A stretch of DNA of 64,000 nt from Octopus sinensis (taxonomy: Eukaryota). Location: the NCBI RefSeq assembly GCF_006345805.1, contig NC_042998.1:176328001-176392000 (forward strand). The letters run 5' to 3'. The position numbers and the translations under genes are program-made. Of this stretch, positions 15,303-28,413 are shown one piece after another. The notes beneath the pieces were generated by a model, which was not told the origin of the DNA, did not search any database, and saw only the letters and a program-made list of their open reading frames with translations. Position 1 is the first letter of the stretch, and each line of letters opens with the position of its first letter.

Positions 15303-15580
15303 CGACGGGCTTCTTTCATTTTCCGTCTACCAAATCCACTCATCGTCTATTGTTTATTCGTTTCACTCATTGAAATGCGGCCATGCTGGGGCCCCACCTA
15401 GAAGAGTTTAGTGAAACGAACCGCCCCCAGTGTTTATTATTAACTCTGGTATTCCGTCGGTCGCTTTTTGCCGAACTGCAAAGTTACTGGGACATAAAGC
15501 GGTGATGAGGAACACACAAACACCGAAGACGTACACGCGTGCATACAAACACACTCACACACAAACACATACCCACATGA

Positions 15581-15627
<47 letters not shown>

Positions 15628-16228
15628 ACAAACTTGTTTCAGTTTCTATCTACCAAATTCACTTTCTATAAAAGATACTTGCCCAAGGTGCCAGGCAGTA
15701 GGACTGAACTCGGAACCATGTGGTTGGGAAGTAAACTTCTTACCATTCAGCCACGTCTAAGTCTATGTACATGTGTGTATGCGCGCGCTTGTATATGTGC
15801 GTATGTGTGCGTGTATGTGTGTGTGAGTGAGAGAGAAAGGGTGGGATAGGTTAGTTAGAAATGGTAACAGTGAAAGCTTAAAAAATTAAATTGTTTTAAT
15901 TCTATTTGTGTTGTGAAGTAGGAAGGAATCATTCACGATGTATGCGTATTTTCTGGAGAAAAAAAACAGTTGAAGGTGGTCTTCAATAAGACATATTACT
16001 TCATTTTTGTTTCCCATTCACCTGCAAATTTGATAAGTCTATGCTTTTGAAGACACCAAAATTTTGAGGCTGATATTAGGTTTGTTATAATTACATAATA
16101 GAAAATAGTCCTGTGTTAGTTCAGACGGGGAAAGGTTTCTGTTTATATTGTCAATGAAAGCAGTGACGTTTCTATACGCAGCTGAGATACGGTTGCACCA
16201 AAAACATTGATTCAACGGTACTGAAGCT

Positions 16229-16654
16229 ATACTCTCTTTTACTCTCTCTCCTTTACTTGTTTCAGTCATTTGACTGCGGCCATGCTGGAGCACCGCCTTT
16301 AATCGAGCAACTCGACCCCGATACTTATTCTTTTGTAAGAACAGTACTTATTCGATCGGTCTCTTTTGCCGAACCGCTAAGTAACGGGGACATAAACACA
16401 CCAGCATCGGTTGTCAAGCGATGCTAGGGAGACAAACACAGACACACAAACACACACACACACATACATTTATACATATATATACATATATACGACAGGC
16501 GTCTTTCAGTTTCCGTCTACCAAATCCACTCACAAGGCATTGGTCGGCCCGGGGCTATAGCAGAAGACACTTGCCCAAGATGCCACGCAGTGGAACTGAA
16601 CCCGGAACCATGTGGCTGGTTAGCAAGCTACTTACCACACAGCCACTCCTACGC
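16229..16654 (-). mobile_element. Family C SINE, full length
   Basis: Near-identical to the reverse complement of 18585-19000. Confidence 0.92.
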
Positions 16655-17820
16655 ATACATATATATATATATATTTACCTGTTCATAACAATGAACCGGC
16701 CATCCATTATCCATTTTCAAACGATTGCTTCGTCAACCATTCAAATGGTGATGCGCTGTTATCTATTAGCTGAGCATGCGAATCTTTTTACTTATTTATT
16801 GTCATGATGCTTTTCTAGATCAACGCCTGAATAATTGGAAGCGTGACACTCAGCGTTTTGATTCAAGAAACTTCTGTATGAAATATATAATATAACATAA
16901 TATAATACAATATAATATGATAAAGTATAATATATGCGCATACATATGCATACATATATGCGTGTTACTGTGTGTATGTGTTTGCCTATGTAAGTATTCA
17001 GAACGCTTTAACATAAAGAGAAGCATAGCGAATAAATACACTTTCGAAAGGTATAAAAGCACATATGAATGTATGAATCTGTGTATACGTGTTTTAATAT
17101 GTATGCAAGCTCACACGTGCATTCATTACTTTCCTGTCTGTGCGCGGAAACCTTATTTCATTAAATACAAGATCGAGTGGATAATAATTTATGTAAATGA
17201 GATTAGTTTTGGAATTTCTACAATAAGAAATTTGGTACAATTATTTATTATATTTGAATTATACAGGAGAAACGTGAAAAAATTCTCATGTGAAATATTG
17301 AAGGAAACCAACAGACTTATCAGATTTTGCGATCAGAACTGGCGGTATGTGAAAAAGTGGAACATAATCAATAAGGATTTGAAAAGATGACACGGAGAAA
17401 TAAGATGTAAATAGATTTGAAAATGTTTATTGTAAATTAGATCAGCTAAATATGTATTCTAAATAATTCCTCACCAGTCATTTGGAAGAGTATATATACC
17501 TTCACAAATGCTACATCCCACAATTTTCTTCCAAATCCTTGAGACGTCTTGAATAATATTTTCAATTTACTTTCAAGAAACGCTTCGATAACGTGTCCTT
17601 CCGCCATCATTGATTTTATGTGGATACTTGCACAGACACACAGAGAAACAAACACATACACGCATGCATGCTTGCACGCGCAGACACACATACGTACACA
17701 CACACACACACACATACATACACAGATACATGCATTCATACATACATGTGTATGTCAGTACCAATACACACACGCGCGTGCGCGCACGCACACATGCACA
17801 CACACATATATATACATACA

Positions 17821-18032
17821 TTCTTTTATTCTATTACTTGCTTCAGTCATTTGACCGCGGCCATCCTGGAGTACTACCTCAAAGGTTTTCTTTTTAGTCG
17901 AAGAAGTCGACTCACGACTTATTCTTTGTAAGCTTAGTACTTATTCTATTGGTCTCATTTGTCGAACTGCTGTAAACACTCCAACATCGGTTGTCAAGCG
18001 ATGGTGGGGGTACAAACACCGACACAAAGACG

Positions 18033-18066
<34 letters not shown>

Positions 18067-18212
18067 AATGACGGGCTACTTTCTGTTTCCGTCTACCAAA
18101 TCCATTGACAAGACTTTGGTCGGCCCGAAACTATAGTAGAAAACACTTACTCAAGGTGGCACGGAATGGGATTGAACCCGGAACCATGCGATTGTGAAGT
18201 AAGCTTCTCACC
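17821..18212 (-). mobile_element. Family C SINE, diverged
   Basis: Same tail, body and head order with substitutions and deletions. Confidence 0.8.
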
Positions 18213-18584
18213 ATATGCGCAGATACATAGATAAATTGATGTGTGTGTGTGTATGCGTGCATTCTTTCACAGTGTTACTTGTTTCAGTTATTTGACTGCT
18301 TGCCACGCTGGTGTACCACCTCAAAGATGTAATCGATCCGATCAACTTCAACGCTTATTTAAAATTTGGACACGAACGTAAAAAAAAAAAGTACCCGTTG
18401 CCACTGAGAGATAAACACAAATGATGACATACATAAATGTGTGTGCGTGTTTGTATGTCCTCATTTAATTTTATTTCAAGATTTCTTGTCAATAAAGAAA
18501 GGGCCGGTTTCTAACCTAGATCCAAGGCTCCTTCATTGGAATTTCAACATCAACCACAGGATATTTTTTGTATGTATATATATA

Positions 18585-19000
18585 GGCGCAGGAGTGGCTG
18601 TGTGGTAAGTAGCTTGCTAACCAACCACATGGTTCCGGGTTCAGTCCCACTGCGTGGCATCTTGGGCAAGTGTCTTCTGTTATAGCCCCGGGCCGACCAA
18701 TGCCTTGTGAGTGGATTTGGTAGACGGAAACTGAAAGAAGCCTGTCGTATATATGTATATATATATAAGTGTGTGTGTATATGTTTGTGTGTCTGTGTTT
18801 GTCCCCCTAGCATTGCTTGACAACCGATGCTGGTGTGTTTACGTCCCCGTCACTTAGCGGTTCGGCAAGAGAGACCGATAGAATAAGTACTGGGCTTACA
18901 AAGAATAAGTCCCGGAGTTGATTTGCTCGACTAAAGGCGGTGCTCCAGCATGGCTGCAGTCAAATGACTGAAACAAGTAAAAAGAGTAAAAAAAAGAGTA
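18585..19000 (+). mobile_element. Family C SINE, full length
   Basis: Starts GGCGCAGGAGTGGCTGTGTGGTAAG (A-box-like) and GGTTCAGTCCC (B-box-like). Ends GAAACAAGTAAAAAGAGTA. Confidence 0.92.
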
Positions 19001-19214
19001 TACGTGTAGATTTGTAAGCTTTGTTTTATGTCTCCTCATGCATATACTTGCATATCTAGACATGCACACATATACTTAAATGATAAACCTCTGGAAAGTT
19101 TTACAGAATTTTATTGTTCCAGTGATGGTTTGGATGTGTAGTCTTTGAATTAGCTTTCTCCTTTCTGGTTTTGAGAAGCCTAATTTCTCAAGATTGATAT
19201 TTAAGCAGTGTGTT

Positions 19215-19395
19215 ACATATCCCTATGCCCCATGTATGTATGTATGTATGTATGTATGTATGTATGTATGTATGTATGTATGTATGTATGTATGTATGTA
19301 TGTATGCATGTATGTATGTATGCATGCATGCGTGTATGTATGTATGTATACGTGTGTGTATGTATGTATGCAAGCATGCATGTATGTATGTAAGC

Positions 19396-19428
<33 letters not shown>

Positions 19429-19560
19429 TGTATGTATGTATGCATGCGTGTATGTATGCATGTATGTATACGTGTGTGTATGTATGCAAGTATGCAAGCA
19501 TGCATGTATGTATGTAAGCATATATGTTTGTATGCATGTATGCATGCATGAATATATATA
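19215..19560. repeat. (TATG)n / (TGCA-TATG) microsatellite
   Basis: Directly visible. Confidence 0.95.
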
Positions 19561-19844
19561 TAGACACACACATACATACATTCAAACATACATATATACA
19601 TACTTATAAAAATGGAGAAAATCACATCTTTGATGATTACACCATACATTACCGACGAACGTTTCTATTGAGTCAGTGCGTTTAGACACAGAGAAAAAAA
19701 GGTATGAAATACCATTCTTGTTCTTGTTGTCTTATACTCCGAATTTCTTGAAATTCTTCCTTGAAATATTTGGATTTGCTAGTCATATACGGAGAATTAC
19801 TTTGAATCTTAAATCTACTTGAATTCATTGGTATCTGATTGTTT

Positions 19845-20259
19845 GGTGGCGAGTTGGCAGAAACGTTATCACGCCGAGCGAAATTCTTAGCGGTATTTCG
19901 TCTGCCGCTACGTTCCGAGTTCAAATTCCGCCGAGGTCGACTTTGCCTTTCATCCTTTCGGGCTCGATTAAATAAGTACCAGTTACGCACTGGGGTCGAT
20001 ATAATCGACTTAATCCCTTCGTCTGTCCTTGTTTGTCCTCTCTGTGTTTAACCCCTTGTGGGTAGGAAAGAAATAGGTATTTCGTCTGCCGTTACGTTGT
20101 GATTTCAAATTCCGCCGAGGTCGACTTTGCCTTTCATCATTTCGGGGTCGATAAATTAAGTACCAGTTACGCACTGGGGTCGATATAATCGACTTAATAC
20201 CTATGTCTGTCCATGTTTGTCCCCTCTATGTTCAGCCCCTTGTGGGTAATAAAGAAATA
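19845..20259 (+). mobile_element. Family A SINE dimer (full monomer plus 5'-truncated monomer) inside one 15-bp TSD
   Basis: GGTATCTGATTGTTT occurs at 19830-19844 and 20260-20274. The monomer junction is at AATAGGTATTTCGTCTGCC. Confidence 0.9.
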
Positions 20260-21719
20260 GGTATCTGATTGTTTGATGTAGTTAATCAAATTCGTTTAAC
20301 TTTAGGAATATCTGCCTAGTTTTATTAATCCCTTCTTCTCCTTCTTCTTCTTCTTCTTCTTCTTCTTCTTTCTTCTTTCTGCTCCTCTTCCTTCCCTTCT
20401 CCTCTGCTCCCTCCCTCTATCCCATCTCTGTCTCTGTCTGTCTGTCTCTCTCCCCTCCTTTTTTCTCTTTCTCCCTATATATACATATATATATATATAT
20501 ATATACATACACATATATATCATTCAGCCACGGTAGTGGTTTAATATATTCTTAAGTGCACCATTTCGTCAATCGCAGCAGCTTCCAAGCTTCACCACTA
20601 ATTCAGTTCTCAAGTGAATTGCAAACTGTTAAAAGTTTTAAAGAGGACACCTCCTCAGCTACACTTTGGCATAAATATTTTGAAATTTGTTTCAGTAGAG
20701 TAAAAGTTACATCAAAATATATGAGGTCTAAAGTTGGGCAGTAAGGCACCTATTCATCTTGAATTAACATAATTTTTTTTTATTTTAAAATAAAAGTACA
20801 CTTAGGTTTAAATGATAGAATAGTGCATGAAGAATTCAAAATCGTTAATCGCATTGAACAAAAATTAGTTGAAAAAAGTTATGAGGTGAAATGTCTGGAA
20901 ATTTCATGTCAGTACGTGAATAAATAAGTAACGCTCTAAGCAATAATGTTAAGATAAGAATATATTACCAAAATGGATTCGTATATTGTAACGCGACGAG
21001 TTGGTAGAAACGCCGGGCAAAATGTTTATCGGTATTTCGTTTATCTTTTCGTTTTGAGTTCAAATTCCACCGAGGTTGACTTTACCTTTCGCTTATTTTA
21101 TTTTTTTAATTATTTAATAAAGTTATTTTTAATATGCTGTTGAATTAGAGTAAGATTAACTTTTATTATTAATTTTCTCTTTCAGCTTTAATTAACTTGC
21201 TTTCTGCTTTTTTGCTTTTCCCTTTTAGTTGCTTTCCTTTTCTTTTTAGTTAATCATTTAATCAGACTAGTTCATTAATGTGTTATATACTTCAGATATG
21301 TGCATCTAAATTTATTGGGGCAGGAATATAACAATTTTGGCTGTGTCTCTATGGGTAGACCTGAAGGCATGTAGTAGGGCTGTCCAGAAAAGGCATTGGT
21401 TAAAAGTGCTTATATTCTAAATTTACTTTTTAAATTTCGAAATTAATTAAAAGGGATTTTTTCATAAATCAAACTTATATTAATGGGATGTAGGTAATTT
21501 TAACTTGTGTGTATCTGATATGCTTTTATAATTACTGTTGTATTGAATAATCATTGATAGATCTAGATTAGCAGCTGTCAGTGCAATTATCACCAACTAA
21601 AAATCTAGGTTACTAAAGGTGAGCCTGGTAACTGATGGTTGTTTGCAACTTTTGGTGAGTCATGGTGCAACCAACAAGATGGTAACATTCCCTGCCATTA
21701 ATTTGGTGTGGATGGTAAT

Positions 21720-22367
21720 ATCAAATAATTCAATCACAACATATATTTAAATTAAACATGAAAAAAATTGAAATATTATCATCACTTACATGGAAAAATT
21801 GAAATATTATCTTTCAGTATCTTGTAAGTTAAAATCTTAAATTATTAATTATGGATTACATGGAAAAATGCGAGCATGAAAAGTAATATTTTTAAGATTA
21901 TAAACCTGGAAAAGTACAGGACAAGTTATTACACAAGGGAAATTATAAGACAAGCTATTCATTTTAGTAAATTAAAGAATAAGAAACTTGTTACTTAAAA
22001 TATTGCAGCTGAAATTAAGATTTCAATATTAAAAATTATTTTATTATAGTTTACAAATAAAACTAAACTTATTTAAGTAGAATTTAGCTAATTTACTACC
22101 TTAAATACAGAAAAATCTGACTAATAGGACAAACTTACAAATTAGCCGAACAGTTTTGTACAATAAATTTAAAAGATGAGAACTGTAAAGAGTGATAAAT
22201 TAGAACTGGCATTCTTTGGTGCAATATTTTAAGTAAAATGTTTCTTGTTCTTTACTTTACTAGAAGTAATAGCTTGTCTTATACTTTGCCAGGTGTAATA
22301 ACTTGTCCTGTACTTTTCCAGGTTTATAATCTTAAGAATATTACTTTTCATGCTCGCATTTTTCCAT
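21720..22367. mobile_element. AT-rich foldback/MITE-like element, copy 1
   Basis: 75-bp inverted arms at 21860-21934 and 22293-22367 with few mismatches. Confidence 0.7.
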
Positions 22368-22867
22368 ATAGTATATAGATAGGTAGATAGATAGATGTAG
22401 AAATAAATAGAGTATTTTAAAGATGGTATTCAAATGCAAAAATAATGAAAGCTATAATCATTGGCAGAGAATCTGAATTAAACAAAGTGAGTAGAATGCT
22501 CAACGCATCCGTATAACAGACTACAAGGCCAAAGAGAACTGCCAACAAATTAGAAGCTTATTTGTACAAGCAAGAAAGTGACTAAACTTAATTTTGCTTG
22601 CAGTATCGAGAAATTTGAAAATCAGTTTTTATAAGAAACTATTCACATACAAGTGCAAATGTAACTATACAAAACAGCTCAAATTATATCGGGTAATAAT
22701 AGTTCTAAGACCGAAAATGAGGTAAAACTTAGCTATGAATATTAAACCATGTATGCTGTTTAGCGAACAGCAACGATAGCGCCACACTGTTTCAGAAAGT
22801 AAAAGATAAGTGTATAGCAAGTAAATGGCACACTGCAGCGTATATACATGAAACCGTAATCAGATGG

Positions 22868-23120
22868 TATGTGGAGGCGCGTGGTTTAGTGGTTAGGGTG
22901 TTGGACTCATGATCGTAAGATTGTGGTTTCGATTCCTGAACCGGGTGACACAGTGTGTTCTTGAGCAAAACACTTCATTTCCCGTTGCTCCAGTTTTCTC
23001 ACCAGGTAAAAATGAGTTTTCCTGAGACGGATCGGCGTTCCGTCCAGGTAGGGAATTTATGTTCCATGGAAACCTTGAAACCGGACCTTATGAGTCGGCA
23101 CGACTCCAGGAGGTAAGTTT
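22868..23120 (+). mobile_element. Diverged family-D-like SINE
   Basis: Head GTGGAGGCGCGTGGTTTAGTGGTTAGGG...GGTTTCGATTCC. Confidence 0.7.
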
Positions 23121-23352
23121 AACTTGAATCAGATGATGTAATATGGAAACAATCGTTTTGATAGAAGGTGCATAATGTTTGGGATTCAATAATACTTGCA
23201 TGTTAGAAATCAGAGCTCAGCAGTTTCTTAGATATTCAAAATGTGAATGTAAATTTATAACTCATCTCTACAAGCTGTGGGATCAAAATCAATTTTCTAG
23301 TATGAGAGTTTCCATCAACTGTAACTGATCCACTCAGCAAAATATCGCTATA

Positions 23353-23389
<37 letters not shown>

Positions 23390-23458
23390 GTATATATATG
23401 TATATATATATATAATATATATATATATATAATTATAGATAGATAGATATATAGATAG

Positions 23459-23499
<41 letters not shown>

Positions 23500-23500
<1 letters not shown>

Positions 23501-23700
23501 TTAATCTAACATGAACAAAGAGAAAACACAACAACGCGAGGATGTGGAACAAGTACAGTGTTGTTGGACGCTCAGAAAAGGAAAGAAAGAAGGAGGTTTT
23601 AACGTTTCGAGCGGAGCTCTTCGTCAGAAACAGAAGGAAAGATCCAAGGAAGGGAAGACGGAGAAAGAAAATCGCCAACGATATACACGCGGTCACACAC
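23500..23700 (-). mobile_element. Short PLE-derived element carrying a type I hammerhead ribozyme (23596-23631)
   Basis: Minus strand reads gttt-CTGACGA-A-GAGC-tcc-GCTC-GAAA-CG-TT-aaaac. It is homologous to 55380-55586. Confidence 0.75.
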
Positions 23701-23739
23701 ACACACACACACACACACACAATATATATATATATAGTA

Positions 23740-24010
23740 TGTGGAGGTACATGGCCTAGTGGTTAGAGCAGCGGATTCGCGGGTTCGAATCTCAGACCGG
23801 GTGATGAGTGTGTTTATAAGCGAAAATACCTAAGCTCTACGCGGCTCCGGCAGAAGGTAATAGCGAACTTCTACTGACTCTTTCGCCACACTCTTTCCTC
23901 CTGCATCTTGCAGCTCACCTGCGACGGACCGGCGTCCCGTCCAGGTGAGGAACCTGTACGCCAAGGAAACCAGGAAGCCGGCTCTAGGAGCTAGGCGTGG
24001 CTCGAGAAGG
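23740..24010 (+). mobile_element. Family-D-like SINE
   Basis: Head GTGGAGGTACATGGCCTAGTGGTTAGAGCAGCGG...GGGTTCGAATCTC. Confidence 0.75.
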
Positions 24011-24030
24011 AACAAAGAAACAACAACAAC

Positions 24031-24286
24031 ATATATTGTATAAAGGATCGTAGGTAAGGCCAAAACAATGCGAAATAATTGCAACGTAAATCACAAGAAA
24101 TTAAATATGTGAATTAATGTAGACTTACCTTGTATTCAATATTTCGTGGTTACGACCCTATTTCTAACCCCGAAAAATTGAATACAAGGTAAGTCAACAT
24201 TAATTCACATATTTGTTTTCTTGTGATTTACCTTGCATTTATTTCGCATTGTTTTGGCCTTACCCACGATCCTTTACACAATATAT
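24031..24286. mobile_element. Palindromic MITE-like element (~107-bp arms, ~38-bp loop)
   Basis: ATATTGTATAAAGGATCG...CTTACCTTGTATTCAAT is inverted against ATTGAATACAAGGTAAG...CGATCCTTTACACAATAT. The ends are TA-flanked. Confidence 0.75.
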
Positions 24287-24313
24287 TCTACATCATGCTT
24301 CATAGTAATTATT

Positions 24314-24349
<36 letters not shown>

Positions 24350-24353
<4 letters not shown>

Positions 24354-24510
24354 TCCATGGGAGATCGGTGGCCACTACACACATTTTTTTCTTTCTGTGT
24401 TCCTTTCTGTGGAAGAGCGTAGGCTCGAAACGTAAAAGACTTTTTCAATTCCAGAGCGTTATACTAATACACCTCTTTGTTTTCTACACCACCTGTCTTC
24501 GTCTTTTTAT
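24350..24510 (+). mobile_element. Short hammerhead-bearing element between (TA)n tracts (HHR-like fold 24403-24438, core CTGTGGA)
   Basis: cttt-CTGTGGA-A-GAGC-gtag-GCTC-GAAA-CG-TA-aaag. Homologous to 43016-43195. Confidence 0.65.
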
Positions 24511-24511
24511 G

Positions 24512-24581
<70 letters not shown>

Positions 24582-25036
24582 ATATATATATGTATATATA
24601 TTATATGTATACAGTTGAGTTATGTATATATATATTGTAATCTTCCAATACTGAAACACGTGTAGTTCCTTCATATTTAATAAATTTCAGTATTAACTAA
24701 ATTAGGAGATAATTAATGAAGTATACTATATAACCTGCTAGCACTTTTGATTATATCCTTTAAGTATTATTTCGTGATGTGCAAACTGATACCAAGAGTT
24801 TACTTTCTGATATACTCATTAGGTTATTTTTTTGTTTTATCTGAAATAGAATACCATAATATCGATTAACCCCCCAAAATTGAATTAATACTGACTTTTA
24901 TCTGATACTTTGTATATTTATAGATAAATATAAAAATAAATGATAAATAAGACCGCAAGGTGCTATATGTAGATGCATATATTGCTGAAGGGTTGTACCT
25001 GATTGATTTGGAAATTTGTTTTCCCAAATTATTTAA

Positions 25037-25069
<33 letters not shown>

Positions 25070-25126
25070 GTATACATACAACACACACATACACACACAA
25101 ACAACACACACACACACACACACACC

Positions 25127-25159
<33 letters not shown>

Positions 25160-26573
25160 CATATATATAAATATACATATATATGTAATATATATATAAT
25201 ACATATATAGTATATATAATATATATCATATATATGTATATATAATATATATATATATATATACATATATGTTATATATATATATATACCTATATATGTA
25301 TATATATATATCATATATATGTAATATATATATATCCTATATGTATTATATATATATATATACATATATATGTATATATATATATATACATATATATGTA
25401 TATATATATATATATATACATATGATATGTATATATATATATATATACATATATATGTATATATATATATACATATATATGTATATATATATATACATAT
25501 TATGTATATATAATATACATATATATGTATATTATATATATATATATACATATATATGTATATATATATATATATATATACATATATATGTATATATATA
25601 TATATCATATATATGTATATATAATATATATATACATATATATGTATGCATATAAAAACAAAGATAAAACAATTTGAAAATAAACGATTCATCTGTGATA
25701 CATAATTAGTACCATCAGACCTATATTTAAATAGAAATGAATCAATAACATTTATGTAGTTAGGAGAACGAAGAAAATATTATATTAGTAATTGATATTA
25801 TTTGCAGCCTGATTATAGAAAGTACGGGTGACAATTTCGGTTATGTTTCGAATTATTAAATCTCCGTAGTGAAGTATGGTCGTCTTCATGCTTATCATTC
25901 GAATAGAAGACAGATTTATATATTCTCGAAAGGTACTACTGAGGAAATATTCAACAGATGGAACACATATCAATTATATTAACGAAAGGTAAACGGAGTC
26001 AGTAGAGAAAATTACCCAAGCATTCCCACTGTTTGGAAAGTTAGTAAAATGGACTAAGAAGCTTAATTCTTAATTAATTAAAATTACACCCTAGTTATGT
26101 GAATAATTATTTGAGTGACTAATTCTAGTAACATAAATAAAAAAAGAAAAACCTCAAATTTTTACTGTTGTGGGTTTCTTATAGAAATCCTAATCTTTAA
26201 GAAATAATAAACTATGAAGCTACCACGCTCAAATTTGAGCGCCTTAAACTGCTCAGATTCCATGCTGCTCTTGGAGAGATGTACTTTGGAGAAATGCACT
26301 CAGCGCCTTTCTGCATCTTTTTAAGCCGAAGTAAGGTAATAAAGAATTACACCCGCTGTTTAAATTACATCCACTGTTTTATAGAAAGCTCTGTTAATTA
26401 GGGTTAATTAGGAAGAATCAGAAGATATGCCTAAATGTATTTTAGTTAGGATTTCTTGTAACATTAAGGTTGATAGGGAAGTGACGATATTTTGGTTGGT
26501 TACAAGTGCCTATGGGAAGGTTCTAACTCAAAGCATACTAGATCCCAAAACAACATACAGAGCTAAATATTGT

Positions 26574-26971
26574 ATTCTTTTACTTGTTTCATTTGACTGC
26601 GGCCATGCTGGAGTACCACCTTTAGTCGAATAAACCGACCCCAAGACTTATTCTTTGTAAGCCTAGTACTTATTCTATCGGTGTCTTTTGCCGAACCGCT
26701 AAGTTACGGGAACGTAAACACACCAACATCGGTTGTCAAGCGATGGTGGGGGACAAACACAGACACACAAATACACACGCGCGTGCGCACAAACACACAC
26801 ACACACATATATATGACGGGCTTCTTTCAGTTTCCGTCTACCAAATCCAGTCACAAGGCTTTGGTCGACTCAAGGCTATAGTAGAAGACACTTGCTCAAG
26901 TTGCCTCGCAGAAGAACTGAACCCAGAACCATGTGGCTCGGAAGGAAGCTTCTTACCACACAGCCACTCCT
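26574..26971 (-). mobile_element. Family C SINE
   Basis: Same architecture as 16229-16654. Confidence 0.88.
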
Positions 26972-27164
26972 GAAATTTTCCATCAATGTAAAAGCTGGAG
27001 TCTTTGGGATTAGTGACAGTGGCAGTCGGCATGTCCGCATTCTAATGAAGTGGCTGAATCATCCACTTTTACTTCGTACCATTTACACAAGATATGTATA
27101 ATAGAATAAAAAAAAAAAGAAAACATTACCTAGAATGTCTTGGTAATCAATAAACAACTAATAT

Positions 27165-28130
27165 TACGAGGGAAATATTATTCTTAAGATTATAAATCTG
27201 GAAAAGTACAGGGCATCTGGTAAAGTACAGAACAAGTAAACGTTTACATAAAATATTGTAGCTAAGGATACAATTTCAAATAAAATATTTATATTTAGAA
27301 ATATTAGCATTTGTTAAAACAAAAAAATTTATCAGAAGTTATTACTTCTGTGTGTTATTACTTGTTACTTCTATCAAAAATTAAAATTAATTCAAAATAT
27401 TTTTTGCCCTTTAAACAATTTCATTTTTTAATTATTAATTATTAATTAGAAATTTGAAAATAGGTTATGAAAAAATAATAGTAGTACATAATTAACAATA
27501 CAATAAATAGAATAATATAAAAATTATTTATATATTACAGTAAAATCTACATATAACAACAAATTCACAGTAAAATTTGCTTGAGTTATTGTCTAAGTTA
27601 TTGTCTTCACATTTTTAGTCTTTACCCAATACCTATTTTTTATATAATGAATTTGCCTGGCATATATACTATTCTACTTTGCATAAAACTTTAGCTATAT
27701 TGGTTGTTCTGGTTCTCATTTTTTAAGTATTCTAGAGTGTCAATCTTTTAACAAAATGATGGTACCTTTTTTAATTATAATGTTATTTTGTAAATTAAAA
27801 TCAAATAATTTTTAATATTTAAATTTTATCTTTAGCTGCAATATTTTAAGTAAAAATGTTCTTGTTCTGTACTTCACCAGATGTAATAACTTGTCCTGAA
27901 CTATTCCAAGTGTAATAACTTGTCCTGTACTTTTCCGGGTTTATAATCTTTACAATATTATTTCTCTTGCCTGCATTTCCCCATGTTTTATTCCAAGCTA
28001 TGCTATTATGCTAATTAATACTCTGTCAATTAATAACTTAAGATTTTACCTTATTGGAAATTAAATGATAAATTTAATAAATTTCTAAATGATATTTTAA
28101 TTTTTTTCATTTTTGCAATTGAATTATTAT
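27165..28130. mobile_element. AT-rich foldback/MITE-like element, copy 2 (related to 21720-22367)
   Basis: Shares the TTAAGATTATAAAxCTGGAAAAGTACAGG arm (27185-27212) and its reverse complement (27920-27950). Confidence 0.6.
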
Positions 28131-28144
28131 TATTATTATTATTG

Positions 28145-28413
28145 ATTTACGGGGATGTAGTTGCATATCAAGTGACCTAATCTGAGATCGTGTGCTGGAA
28201 CGAAAACAATTGCAGCGTGGAAGGTGTTTATAAGCCATTTAAGAAACACATAAAATCCGTTAGATTCACTTCAACATTTTGTCAGTGAACAGGTCGCGGT
28301 CCCAAAGCGTCGAAAATATTTTGACAAATTAAATTTAAATGTTGAAGTGAATCTAACGGATTTTGTGTGTTTCTTAAATGGCTTATAAACACCTTCCATA
28401 CTGCAATTGTTTT
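28145..28413. mobile_element. PLE-terminus-like element with 77-bp inverted arms and a hammerhead-like fold in the loop
   Basis: Arms at 28203-28279 and 28337-28413. The loop folds as an HHR with core GTGAACA (28278-28328). Confidence 0.65.

Noticed and set aside
17490-17620. Minus-strand ATG-initiated stretch MAEGHVIEAFLESKLKILFKTSQGFGRKLWDVAFVK before AAG/GTATAT
   Set aside because: It could be a coding exon, but I recognise no homolog and found no supported partner exons.
18585-18660. tRNA gene calls at SINE heads (also 19845, 36391)
   Set aside because: A/B-box-like heads continue directly into SINE bodies and lack a full cloverleaf.
19700-19844. Exon-like minus-strand frame (NSSRFKIQ...QEQEW)
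   Set aside because: Removing the SINE dimer leaves an in-frame stop just upstream, and there is no recognisable product.
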